12,253 nt of DNA. Origin: a virus. Lineage: Duplodnaviria; Heunggongvirae; Uroviricota; Caudoviricetes. The stretch covers positions 1 to 12,253 of IMG/VR virus record IMGVR_UViG_3300028048_000107; one strand, given 5' to 3'. A model generated the notes under the pieces. The model saw only the letters and a list, made by a program, of their open reading frames with translations, had not been told where the DNA came from and searched no databases. This document shows, piece by piece, positions 1 through 6,961 of the stretch. A program made the position numbers and the translations under genes. Position 1 is the first letter of the stretch. Every line of letters begins with the position of its first letter.

Positions 1-21
1 AAGTATTTTTTTTTATTTTTA

Positions 22-67
22 TGTGGTGGGTAACTTATAACTAAAATCACGAGCATGTACCACCACA
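22..67. repeat. 8-bp perfect inverted repeat with 30-nt spacer
   Basis: tgtggtgg (22-29) and ccaccaca (60-67). Confidence 0.6.
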
Positions 68-190
68 CTTGTCAAGACTAAATTTTGTTTAATATTTGCC
101 CGCTAGACCCCCATTTTCATAGGCTAGGAGCGTGAGTAGAGCACTCCCTATACATTTAATATACCTGTGAAAAATATGGCTAAAATAGGC

Positions 191-469
191 TTATTTTCTA
201 AAAGGATCTGCTCTCATATCTTCAATCATTTTATGAAGTTCTGTAATATCTGGGTCTGCATTCCACAAATTATATGTTCTTTCAGATCCTCTACAAATTA
301 AATTTAATTTATAGTCGTTTGTAATACCATTCCAATAAAATTCAAATAGTTCATAATTTCCGTCATGCTCACGAGTAACTAATCCCATGAATTTAAAGAA
401 ACAAGCATAAGCTATTAAGTATAAAAGCATCCAAACAGCTATAATTAAAAGTGTAAAATTAAATAGCAT
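191..469 (-). CDS. Hypothetical membrane-anchored protein (92 aa, one N-terminal hydrophobic segment)
   Basis: ORF overlapping the upstream gene end; residues ~3-31 (FNFTLLIIAVWMLLYLIAYACFFKFMGLV) are hydrophobic, followed by a hydrophilic domain. Confidence 0.75.
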   Translation of the reverse strand: MLFNFTLLIIAVWMLLYLIAYACFFKFMGLVTREHDGNYELFEFYWNGITNDYKLNLICRGSERTYNLWNADPDITELHKMIEDMRADPFRK

Positions 470-674
470 CGTGGTCTTCCACCTCTAGTGATGATAAATA
501 TTTTACACAAACATCTGATAAATCTTCTTCGTATTTAATGCGATCATGTTCTTCAAAATATTTACGAGTCAATGACTCTTTATTTCTTTGACACATACAT
601 CTTACACAATCACTATCACAAAAAGTAATGTGGTAACTAGTTGGTCTTGTTAGAAGGTAATTTCCCATTTCCAT
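459..674 (-). CDS. Hypothetical protein (71 aa)
   Basis: ATG overlaps the TAA of the upstream methyltransferase (TAATG coupling at 672-676); AGGAGG upstream; contains CDSDCVRCMC. Confidence 0.7.
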   Translation of the reverse strand: MEMGNYLLTRPTSYHITFCDSDCVRCMCQRNKESLTRKYFEEHDRIKYEEDLSDVCVKYLSSLEVEDHDAI

Positions 675-1162
675 TAGCTATTGCCCTCCTCAATAGGTTT
701 AGGTACTTCCCAAAAATGTATATATGGTTCTTCTCTTTTAGTAGGCTTAAATATTACAATGCATGAAGGAAATGGTGCTGAATTAGGTGATTCATTAAAG
801 TGTAATCTACCCTTAATTAACCTAATTTCATCTGCATCACAACAATATTCTTGCATCCATTTAGTATCTGTTCTTGCAGGTACTAAACATACTACAGTTG
901 ATTTATGTTCTTTAGACTCATATGACGCTTTTTTGATCCAAGTTTTTACCAAGCTGTAGGGTGGATTCATAAAACAAGTTCCATGCCATTCTTGCTTTAA
1001 TCCATCTACTTCAGGGCTATAAAAATGAGAACATTTAGCATCAAACTCTGTAGCACACACATCTAAGTCAAAATTAAATTCTGCATTTAATACATCAAAT
1101 AAATGTTGTGGTGTTGCCCACTTATCTGATTTTGAAGAAAATAGTGATTTACTGATTGTCAT
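674..1162 (-). CDS. Phage DNA N6-adenine methyltransferase (Dam-like, phage N-6-adenine-methyltransferase family)
   Basis: Motifs SDKWATPQ, FDLDVCA, FMNPPYS (catalytic NPPY), LVPARTDTKW, IKGRLHF, APFPSCIVIF are typical of the small phage Dam-like family. Start placed at ATG 1162 (MTISKSLFSSK), preceded by AAGGTGGT; the ORF caller used 1183. Confidence 0.92.
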   Translation of the reverse strand: MTISKSLFSSKSDKWATPQHLFDVLNAEFNFDLDVCATEFDAKCSHFYSPEVDGLKQEWHGTCFMNPPYSLVKTWIKKASYESKEHKSTVVCLVPARTDTKWMQEYCCDADEIRLIKGRLHFNESPNSAPFPSCIVIFKPTKREEPYIHFWEVPKPIEEGNS

Positions 1163-1415
1163 TAAACCAACCACCTTCAGCATAGATTACAATATGATCA
1201 GAAGTTACTTCATCTACTTCAACACCAGTAAAGAATCTTTCAAATCCATGCAGAATATAAGCAAGGTCTGCATAAAGCCAACTTGCTTTAGCTTCATTAA
1301 AAGAGATAGTAATTAAATGTCCAATCCTTTCATAATGCTCTACAGATACAAGATGAAACTCTGTATGTAAATTACTAAATATATTATTTATAGTTGCTAC
1401 AATTAAACTTTTCAA
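1149..1415 (-). CDS. Hypothetical protein (88 aa), paralog of 1419-1670
   Basis: TTG start with GGGGAA RBS; shares a W-x-Y...D...E..F...DHIV-IY...F pattern with the neighbouring ORF. Confidence 0.75.
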   Translation of the reverse strand: MKSLIVATINNIFSNLHTEFHLVSVEHYERIGHLITISFNEAKASWLYADLAYILHGFERFFTGVEVDEVTSDHIVIYAEGGWFNDNQ

Positions 1416-1418
1416 TGG

Positions 1419-1670
1419 TCATTCCCCCAAGAAATATTCATCATACACATAAATGGTTACAATATGATCTTCACTAATACTTACTAGATTAACAATATCA
1501 AACTTTGCTTCAAGTTCTAAGAAAAGATTATAGACATCTTCTAAATTATATGACCAATCTCTATCTGTATCATCAATACGAATTGCTACAGTACACTCAA
1601 ATAATCCGTGCTGAACTACATCTACTAATGTTAAAGGTTCTTCAAGTAAACCATTGATAAATTCTTCCAT
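1419..1670 (-). CDS. Hypothetical acidic protein (83 aa), paralog of 1149-1415
   Basis: ATG 6 nt downstream of the DHH gene stop; very acidic; WSYNLEDV...EAKF...EDHIVTIY. Confidence 0.8.
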   Translation of the reverse strand: MEEFINGLLEEPLTLVDVVQHGLFECTVAIRIDDTDRDWSYNLEDVYNLFLELEAKFDIVNLVSISEDHIVTIYVYDEYFLGE

Positions 1671-1675
1671 AATAG

Positions 1676-2611
1676 TTACCCCGCTTTTGAAATAAAACTT
1701 ACTTTATCATGCAATACATTTCTAATAATATCTTCAGCTAAATTAGTAATAGGTGCTCCTGCTGCTTTAGGATGTCCACCACCACCATAAATATCTTTCA
1801 TTAACTTGCCTAAATCTAAATTATTTCTTGTAGTTCTTACACCAATAATATTAGTAGCAGGATTAATATTCATTGCAACATCTACGTCATATTCATTACA
1901 AATAGCATTTCCAACTGTACTCATATCTACACTACCAAATACAATACCATAAGAATAATTATTGGTATTCACAATATAAGTATTTTTAAGTGCTTTTTCC
2001 ATTTCTTTATTTTGTCTACGCTCTTCATATTCAAGTACTGCACGTTCACTATCTGTAAATACATTGAGATCATTTAGTTTACCTTTGAGAAGTTTTGCAG
2101 TAAATACATCACAGAATTTATCTATACTATTAGTGTAAAGAAGCATTGATAAGTATCTAGGAATATTAGATGTTCCTTCAGCCCATTCCCAAGTATCATA
2201 GAGTCTAACTTGTTCTACAAAATAGTCACAATTAACAGTAAATCCCTTTCTTTCCTGCAAGAATTTATAGAAAATTTCTGTGCCACAAGTAGGGTGTCCA
2301 TCTTCTCTATGAGTTTCTACCTTAAAATATTCACTTTTCTGTACTAATGATAATGCTGTTGCATGATGATCAAATAATCTAATCTTACCAATTACTCTAT
2401 GATTGCTGTTACGTAACTTTTCATAATTAAAACTACAATCTGTAACATATACTAAATCTCTATGTGCATTATCATCTTTAATTAATCTATTAGTGACTTC
2501 ATCTGGTGAATTACAATACCGAACTTCAACTCCATCTCCCCATGCAAGTTTAGCAAGTATTGCACAACCAACACCATCTAAATCATTGTGTGTATATAAT
2601 TTATAGTTCAT
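1676..2611 (-). CDS. DHH/DHHA1-family phosphoesterase (NrnA/NrnB-like oligoribonuclease/oligonucleotide phosphodiesterase)
   Basis: Motifs THNDLDG (motif I), VTD (II), FDHH (III), CGT, and C-terminal GGGGHPKAAG (DHHA1); 311 aa. Confidence 0.92.
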   Translation of the reverse strand: MNYKLYTHNDLDGVGCAILAKLAWGDGVEVRYCNSPDEVTNRLIKDDNAHRDLVYVTDCSFNYEKLRNSNHRVIGKIRLFDHHATALSLVQKSEYFKVETHREDGHPTCGTEIFYKFLQERKGFTVNCDYFVEQVRLYDTWEWAEGTSNIPRYLSMLLYTNSIDKFCDVFTAKLLKGKLNDLNVFTDSERAVLEYEERRQNKEMEKALKNTYIVNTNNYSYGIVFGSVDMSTVGNAICNEYDVDVAMNINPATNIIGVRTTRNNLDLGKLMKDIYGGGGHPKAAGAPITNLAEDIIRNVLHDKVSFISKAG

Positions 2612-2916
2612 GCTATCTTACCTACTTTAACTAATCTAACAATATGTTGTGTTCCAAAATCTTCTTCAATTTCATATCCTATTATATTTTCAATATACTT
2701 ATCAGTAGACTTAATCCTATTCAAAAGTTTCCGTTTATTTCGTAAAATATAGTCTAAAATTGCCTTTGCTTCATATATAGTATTAAAACTATAAGATTTA
2801 TATTTATTGTAGGTAATGCCAAAACTAAGTAGAATATTTTCTTCATTAACTATAGGTGTTAAATATAAATAATCTAACTTACCACTTCTTTGGCATTTAA
2901 ATACTAACCTGTACAT
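2608..2916 (-). CDS. Hypothetical protein (102 aa), possible distant paralog of 3801-4073 and 4073-4315
   Basis: Coupled to both neighbours (TAATG at 2916, ATGA at 2608-2611); Y-x-L...YLYL...Y-x-F-x-T-xx-EA pattern. Confidence 0.75.
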   Translation of the reverse strand: MYRLVFKCQRSGKLDYLYLTPIVNEENILLSFGITYNKYKSYSFNTIYEAKAILDYILRNKRKLLNRIKSTDKYIENIIGYEIEEDFGTQHIVRLVKVGKIA

Positions 2917-3143
2917 TAAAGGAATACTTCTACATCTTTATTTAAGTTGAAATGTAAATCTCTTACAAACCGAGACATAATTTCTTCTGCTGAATAATCA
3001 AGATCAAATACATAATGGTTAGCTTTTTCAAAATCATCAATATTTAATTCTGGAAATAACCAAAGCTGATTATTTACAAAAGAAATATGCCAATTACTGA
3101 TAATATTAATAATAGAATTCTTTTTTCTGTCCATAATAATCAT
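2916..3143 (-). CDS. Hypothetical protein (75 aa)
   Basis: ORF filling the gap between the deaminase and the next gene with 1-nt spacing/overlap. Confidence 0.65.
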   Translation of the reverse strand: MIIMDRKKNSIINIISNWHISFVNNQLWLFPELNIDDFEKANHYVFDLDYSAEEIMSRFVRDLHFNLNKDVEVFL

Positions 3144-3144
3144 T

Positions 3145-3549
3145 TTATACCAACTCCATTTTCATAAATTTATTATAGTCTGTATAATACACTGTAGTTA
3201 TTCCAACTTGTCTTAAAACAAACTCACAGGCAGGACAAGGTTTGCAACAACACATTTGTCCATTACCATCTTCTCGATAAAGATAACAAGTAGCTCCGCT
3301 TAAATTATAAGTGGTTGAATGTATTACTGCATTAAGCTCTGCATGAATATAGTTATTTTTCGTAGTGAACTTCCTACACTTTTCATTTAAGAACTTTTGT
3401 TTAGGATGGGATTTTTCTACATTACAACCTCTAGCAAGTATCTTATTACCTTTAACTATCACACACCCTATGTTTATCCTATAGAATGTAGATTTATCAG
3501 CTTCAGCTTTTGCAAGTAGAAAATAATGTTTTTCTTTATTTGTCAACAT
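3145..3549 (-). CDS. Zinc-dependent cytidine/dCMP deaminase-family protein
   Basis: IGCVIVKGNKILARGCN, HAE (Zn-binding His, catalytic Glu) and KPCPAC (two Zn-binding Cys); 134 aa. Confidence 0.9.
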   Translation of the reverse strand: MLTNKEKHYFLLAKAEADKSTFYRINIGCVIVKGNKILARGCNVEKSHPKQKFLNEKCRKFTTKNNYIHAELNAVIHSTTYNLSGATCYLYREDGNGQMCCCKPCPACEFVLRQVGITTVYYTDYNKFMKMELV

Positions 3550-3811
3550 AAAATTTAGTGATGTGCTGAATACCTTTAAGCTCTAAATCATCTATAACAC
3601 GATTAAGATTAAATCCATAAGTATATCCTTGAGATTTAGAATAATATTCAATATATTTTCTATACATCTTATCACAATTCTTACATTTATATAATTTTAA
3701 TACATCTATACCAATTAAATCTGGTGGATAATAAGTATATGTTGTATATTTATACTCCAGCCCGTCCACAGGCTGATAGTCATGAAAACCAAAGAAACAT
3801 TTAAGATTCAA
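3536..3811 (-). CDS. Small prophage-type protein with C-x5-H...C-x2-C (DUF1660-like, probable Zn binding)
   Basis: N-terminal LKCFFGFHDY and later YKCKNCDK. Start more likely TTG at 3811 (after AAGGGTTGAG) than 3835. Confidence 0.65.
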   Translation of the reverse strand: MNLKCFFGFHDYQPVDGLEYKYTTYTYYPPDLIGIDVLKLYKCKNCDKMYRKYIEYYSKSQGYTYGFNLNRVIDDLELKGIQHITKFYVDK

Positions 3812-4073
3812 TATACTCAACCCTTTCAAGTTCAATTTTTACAGAAAGTATCATGATTCCTTCTACAATAAGGCTATCTTCTTCCTTAAAATATTCTGTC
3901 AAATTACTTGCTACATCATGAGCTACATTCTTATCCCAAAAAAGAAACGCTTCTCCAATATTAAGTGTAGTAAACCAACTATCAGCAGTAGCACCATCTT
4001 TTACATACATAGTAATATCAGCATTAGTTTCTTTATCTCTACATTCTATTGCAATCGCATATAACTTTTCCAT
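3801..4073 (-). CDS. Hypothetical protein (90 aa), paralog of 4073-4315
   Basis: TAATG coupling at 4073; pattern YAIAIE...MYV...EAFLFWDKNVA...ILSVKIELERV. Confidence 0.8.
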   Translation of the reverse strand: MEKLYAIAIECRDKETNADITMYVKDGATADSWFTTLNIGEAFLFWDKNVAHDVASNLTEYFKEEDSLIVEGIMILSVKIELERVEYIES

Positions 4074-4315
4074 TAGAAGTACTCCTTTGCAACTACTACA
4101 TCATCCATATTTACATTTACACTGCGAACCTCAAAAGCTGTAATACCACAATCAGCAAAATTCTGACGAATTAAAGAAATACCATGCATAGCTTCTTCTT
4201 TTGTTCTAAAGAATGTAGCATCATGCCAACGACATGTAAGAGAAGGAGTATTGCTATTAATAACATAAAGGTAAAGATTATCAGATTTTGTTTCAACTTT
4301 AACAATATAGCGCAT
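4073..4315 (-). CDS. Hypothetical protein (80 aa), paralog of 3801-4073
   Basis: GGAG RBS; pattern YIVKVE...LYV...DATFFRTKEEA...VRSVNVNMDDV. Confidence 0.8.
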   Translation of the reverse strand: MRYIVKVETKSDNLYLYVINSNTPSLTCRWHDATFFRTKEEAMHGISLIRQNFADCGITAFEVRSVNVNMDDVVVAKEYF

Positions 4316-4318
4316 AAC

Positions 4319-4696
4319 TTATTCTCCTTTCACTACTCTAACATCTTTAAGTGAATATTTAACATGCCAAACCTTACTTTTATTTTCTCTTGTATATGAG
4401 TATACTATTCCTTTAATTGTAATTGGATTATTCCAATTAAATTCTTCTACATTAAAGTTCTTAAATTCTTCTAAGTGAATCCACAAATGATCCACATCTG
4501 GGATATTACTGACACTAAATAATACTGATTTACCAATAAAATTTACAGACAATACATCTTGCAGAGCTAATATCTTCCCAGTTAAGGTTATCTCTTTATC
4601 CAAAAATTTTCTGAAAAAATCGCCTCTAGCTTTAGCCTGTTCACCTAACTTAAGTCCAATTTTATTTTTTGTTCTATGACTCATCCCATAGCTCAT
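4319..4696 (-). CDS. Hypothetical protein, possible OB-fold (125 aa)
   Basis: Beta-strand pattern ITLTGKI ... ITIKGIVYSY ... YSLKDVRVV resembles OB-fold strands; basic N-terminus. Start may be the ATG at 4684. Fold assignment is inference. Confidence 0.7.
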   Translation of the reverse strand: MSYGMSHRTKNKIGLKLGEQAKARGDFFRKFLDKEITLTGKILALQDVLSVNFIGKSVLFSVSNIPDVDHLWIHLEEFKNFNVEEFNWNNPITIKGIVYSYTRENKSKVWHVKYSLKDVRVVKGE

Positions 4697-5357
4697 CCTC
4701 CGACAAAAAGTATATTTGAGTACCTACTACTTTTAGATATTGCTTTTCTATGAAGTCAACCCAAGAAGTAGTTGGCCCAATACCTAAAGACTTCTTATGT
4801 GGTGATAAAAATCTCTTAAATGTTCCTATATGCATTCCATTTTCAAAAGGTACTTCTAAGATGTTTCCGTTTACTCTTTTTACCCAAACTCTTTTCTTGT
4901 ATGAGTTATAAATAGTTGCAGTATCATTTGTCCTAGTTATTCTAGTAATAAATGAATTATTATCTTTCGTGTCAATCTCCTCTATATCCACATATTTGAG
5001 ATCAACACCAACAGATTTAAGATTCGATAACTTCTGTCCAAGGGATGTTACAAGCGTTACTCTTTTTAAGTGATCTGTAATGGCTTTAAGTGCTATTGCT
5101 AAATCTTTATCTTGAGTAATAACATAATACTGAAAGATATTATCTTCATATAGAGATTTAACAATATCTGCGGTCATATAGGTATCTGCACTATTTTTAC
5201 CGTGACAACAATCAATAAATTCTACATTACTAAGTCTAAGATATATACCACTAATTACTGACTTCTTTGCGTATACTTTATACTTTTCTTCTTTATGTTT
5301 AAGATAGAACTGCTTAAAAAGAGTTTTACTAATATTTTCTGCGTCCACAAAAACCAT
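4674..5357 (-). CDS. NYN-domain (PIN-like) putative ribonuclease with C-terminal winged-helix (LOTUS/OST-HTH-like) extension
   Basis: VFVDAENI, GKNSADTYM and ITQDKDL retain the acidic metal-binding residues of NYN domains; GAGGTGA RBS; directly downstream of a consensus promoter. Confidence 0.82.
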   Translation of the reverse strand: MVFVDAENISKTLFKQFYLKHKEEKYKVYAKKSVISGIYLRLSNVEFIDCCHGKNSADTYMTADIVKSLYEDNIFQYYVITQDKDLAIALKAITDHLKRVTLVTSLGQKLSNLKSVGVDLKYVDIEEIDTKDNNSFITRITRTNDTATIYNSYKKRVWVKRVNGNILEVPFENGMHIGTFKRFLSPHKKSLGIGPTTSWVDFIEKQYLKVVGTQIYFLSEDELWDES

Positions 5358-5383
5358 ATACTCACCTCTTTCCCTATGATTTA

Positions 5384-5412
5384 AGTATAGCAGATTTTGT
5401 ATTATTTGTCAA
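5384..5412 (-). promoter_or_regulatory. sigma70/sigmaA promoter with extended -10, upstream of the NYN gene
   Basis: Minus strand TTGACA (5412-5407), 17-nt spacer aataatacaaaatctgc, TATACT (5389-5384); TG at the extended -10 position. Confidence 0.88.
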
Positions 5413-5645
5413 GGATTTTTCGATAAATCTACGTAATTTTTATTGTTTTGTACAGCTTCTGCCAGTAATTGTATAGAATTTGGAGAAATGTGTGAAAATT
5501 CACTGGTAACTACAGGCTCTTTTGCAGTAATATCATTAACTAAATAAGTCAGCTTTATTGTTCCTTTATTATAGGAAGCAGGAGTAAGTTCTGCTTTGAT
5601 TAGTTTATCTATACAAATTAAGTCGTTATTTACTTTTACATACAT
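5409..5645 (-). CDS. Hypothetical protein (78 aa)
   Basis: ATG at 5645 (MYVKVNNDLICIDK) preceded by AGGAAGGTGA; the ORF caller extended it to GTG 5678. Confidence 0.75.
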   Translation of the reverse strand: MYVKVNNDLICIDKLIKAELTPASYNKGTIKLTYLVNDITAKEPVVTSEFSHISPNSIQLLAEAVQNNKNYVDLSKNP

Positions 5646-5952
5646 GAATCTCACCTTCCTGTTTCCAAAGACGTTCACGATTAGACATCTCTACTAAAAA
5701 TTTAAATCCATGAGAATAATCTACATCTACTACAATACCATACTTAAATCCATTATCATAATAAGAAACCTTATCACCAATCTTTGCTAAATTTCTTGCT
5801 GTGTGTATCATGATATGACCTTCTTCTGTCCAAACAATAGTTCCATCTACTAGTTTAACTTGATATTGTAAAATACCATTATGAATACGTGAATCTGTAA
5901 TTAATCCTACTTCATTATGCCACTTTACAATGTCGTTATATTTAAATTTCAA
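5626..5952 (-). CDS. Tandem SH3-like/KOW (YorP-like) two-domain protein (108 aa)
   Basis: Two internal repeats: KFKYNDIVKW..VGLITD...YQVKL.DG..VWTEEGHI and AKIGDKVSY...YGIVVD...FLVEM.N...LWKQEGEI; TTG start with GGAGGTGA RBS. Confidence 0.8.
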   Translation of the reverse strand: MKFKYNDIVKWHNEVGLITDSRIHNGILQYQVKLVDGTIVWTEEGHIMIHTARNLAKIGDKVSYYDNGFKYGIVVDVDYSHGFKFLVEMSNRERLWKQEGEIHVCKSK

Positions 5953-5969
5953 TAGCTATCACCTCCAAC

Positions 5970-6000
5970 AAAAAAAGACAGAAATTAAATCTCTGTCTTT
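5970..6000 (-). terminator. Rho-independent terminator
   Basis: 9-bp inverted repeat aaagacaga (5974-5982) / tctgtcttt (5992-6000); on the minus strand the stem runs into TTTTTTT; 23 nt downstream of the 6023 stop. Confidence 0.8.
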
Positions 6001-6022
6001 AATTGTCGTACTGCTTAAATTA

Positions 6023-6376
6023 TTACATTCTATCTCTAAGAACTTTTACATCATGTTTTACTGCGTATAAAATTTCTTTTTTAAGTTGTGCTTTAGCAAG
6101 ATTAAAACGATTGATAAGATCCTCCCTAGCAAGTCGTTTACCTTCCTCCAAATCAAACGTATCATTAGGATGACATTTTGCAATACCTACGAGTTTTCTA
6201 CCATTTAATACTTTTTCTGTAATATCATCTGCAAATCCCCAATCACTAAATGCTGTACCATATGTGTACTTATCTACACATTCCCAAAGGGATTCTTGCC
6301 AAATTCTTTTAAGTGTTTTACCATCTTGAGAAAATTTTGCGACAATAGTTGTACCATTCTGTTCGTAAGTAATCAT
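6023..6376 (-). CDS. Conserved phage hypothetical protein (117 aa) with AKCHPNDTFDLEEGKRLA motif
   Basis: AGGAG RBS; the A-x-C-x-P-x-D-x-F-D-xxx-G-xx-LA motif is recognisable from phage hypothetical proteins; function unknown. Confidence 0.85.
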   Translation of the reverse strand: MITYEQNGTTIVAKFSQDGKTLKRIWQESLWECVDKYTYGTAFSDWGFADDITEKVLNGRKLVGIAKCHPNDTFDLEEGKRLAREDLINRFNLAKAQLKKEILYAVKHDVKVLRDRM

Positions 6377-6412
6377 AATTTTATGCTCCTTTGCTTTACA
6401 TTTTCTGTATTT

Positions 6413-6441
6413 ATTTTAACATTCTTCTTTATATTTGTCAA
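6413..6441 (-). promoter_or_regulatory. sigma70/sigmaA promoter with extended -10, embedded in the 3' end of the resolvase gene
   Basis: Minus strand TTGACA (6441-6436), 17-nt spacer aatataaagaagaatgt, TAAAAT (6418-6413); TG at the extended position; the resolvase TAA stop forms the first half of the -10. Confidence 0.75.
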
Positions 6442-6763
6442 GTAGTTTTTTGAAAGTTTTTTCTGGGAGGACAAAATAGTTTTCTCCGTCTGGCTCAAAC
6501 TGAATAACCACTGCCCCAAATTGTTTATGAAGCTGAAGCCGTTCAAGCTCATTATCTTCTAACCACGATTTTTTTATACTAAATGATTTTTTACTAGTAG
6601 TCTGTGTTTTGCATTCATACACAAATAAATCATCTACACAATCTCCACAAGTAAATGGTGAAGCCCCTGAATTACTACATCTAGAACCATCTACAAGATT
6701 CTTTATATATTCTTCTTGTTTATTTGAGTAGAAACGTGTAGCCTTATCATTCTTAGTTGCCAT
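6416..6763 (-). CDS. PD-(D/E)xK nuclease, Holliday-junction-resolvase-like
   Basis: QE...N-terminal helix, SGA...GDC (catalytic D), YECKT (ExK), SFSIKKSWL, and C-terminal hydrophobic strands; 115 aa, typical size. Confidence 0.85.
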   Translation of the reverse strand: MATKNDKATRFYSNKQEEYIKNLVDGSRCSNSGASPFTCGDCVDDLFVYECKTQTTSKKSFSIKKSWLEDNELERLQLHKQFGAVVIQFEPDGENYFVLPEKTFKKLLDKYKEEC

Positions 6764-6959
6764 TAGGAATAAACTCCGAATCTAAATATTCATTGATAAA
6801 TTCACCACAAGACCTAAACTTATTATTCTTGTAGGCTTCATTACAGGGGGTTCTAAATAAACAATTAAAACAACCCAAACTACTTCTCATCATCTTGCTA
6901 TATTGATAGTTAGAGTGTTCTGATCCAAGAATAGAATCCAATGCTTCTTTTCGTGTCAT
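6753..6959 (-). CDS. Hypothetical Cys-rich protein (~68 aa)
   Basis: ATG at 6959 is 7 nt after GGAGG; CFNC-x4-C...C may bind metal. Confidence 0.7.
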   Translation of the reverse strand: MTRKEALDSILGSEHSNYQYSKMMRSSLGCFNCLFRTPCNEAYKNNKFRSCGEFINEYLDSEFIPNGN

Positions 6960-6961
6960 AT

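Noticed and set aside
22-67. Inverted repeat as an intrinsic terminator
   Set aside because: The loop is 30 nt and the minus-strand stem is followed by an A-tract rather than a U-tract.
681-959. Plus-strand 92-aa ORF
   Set aside because: Lies entirely antisense to the well-supported Dam-like methyltransferase, has no RBS and no recognisable motif; shadow ORF.
5646-5678. GTG-start extension of the 5409 ORF
   Set aside because: The extension contains the RBS for ATG 5645 and increases overlap with the SH3 gene.
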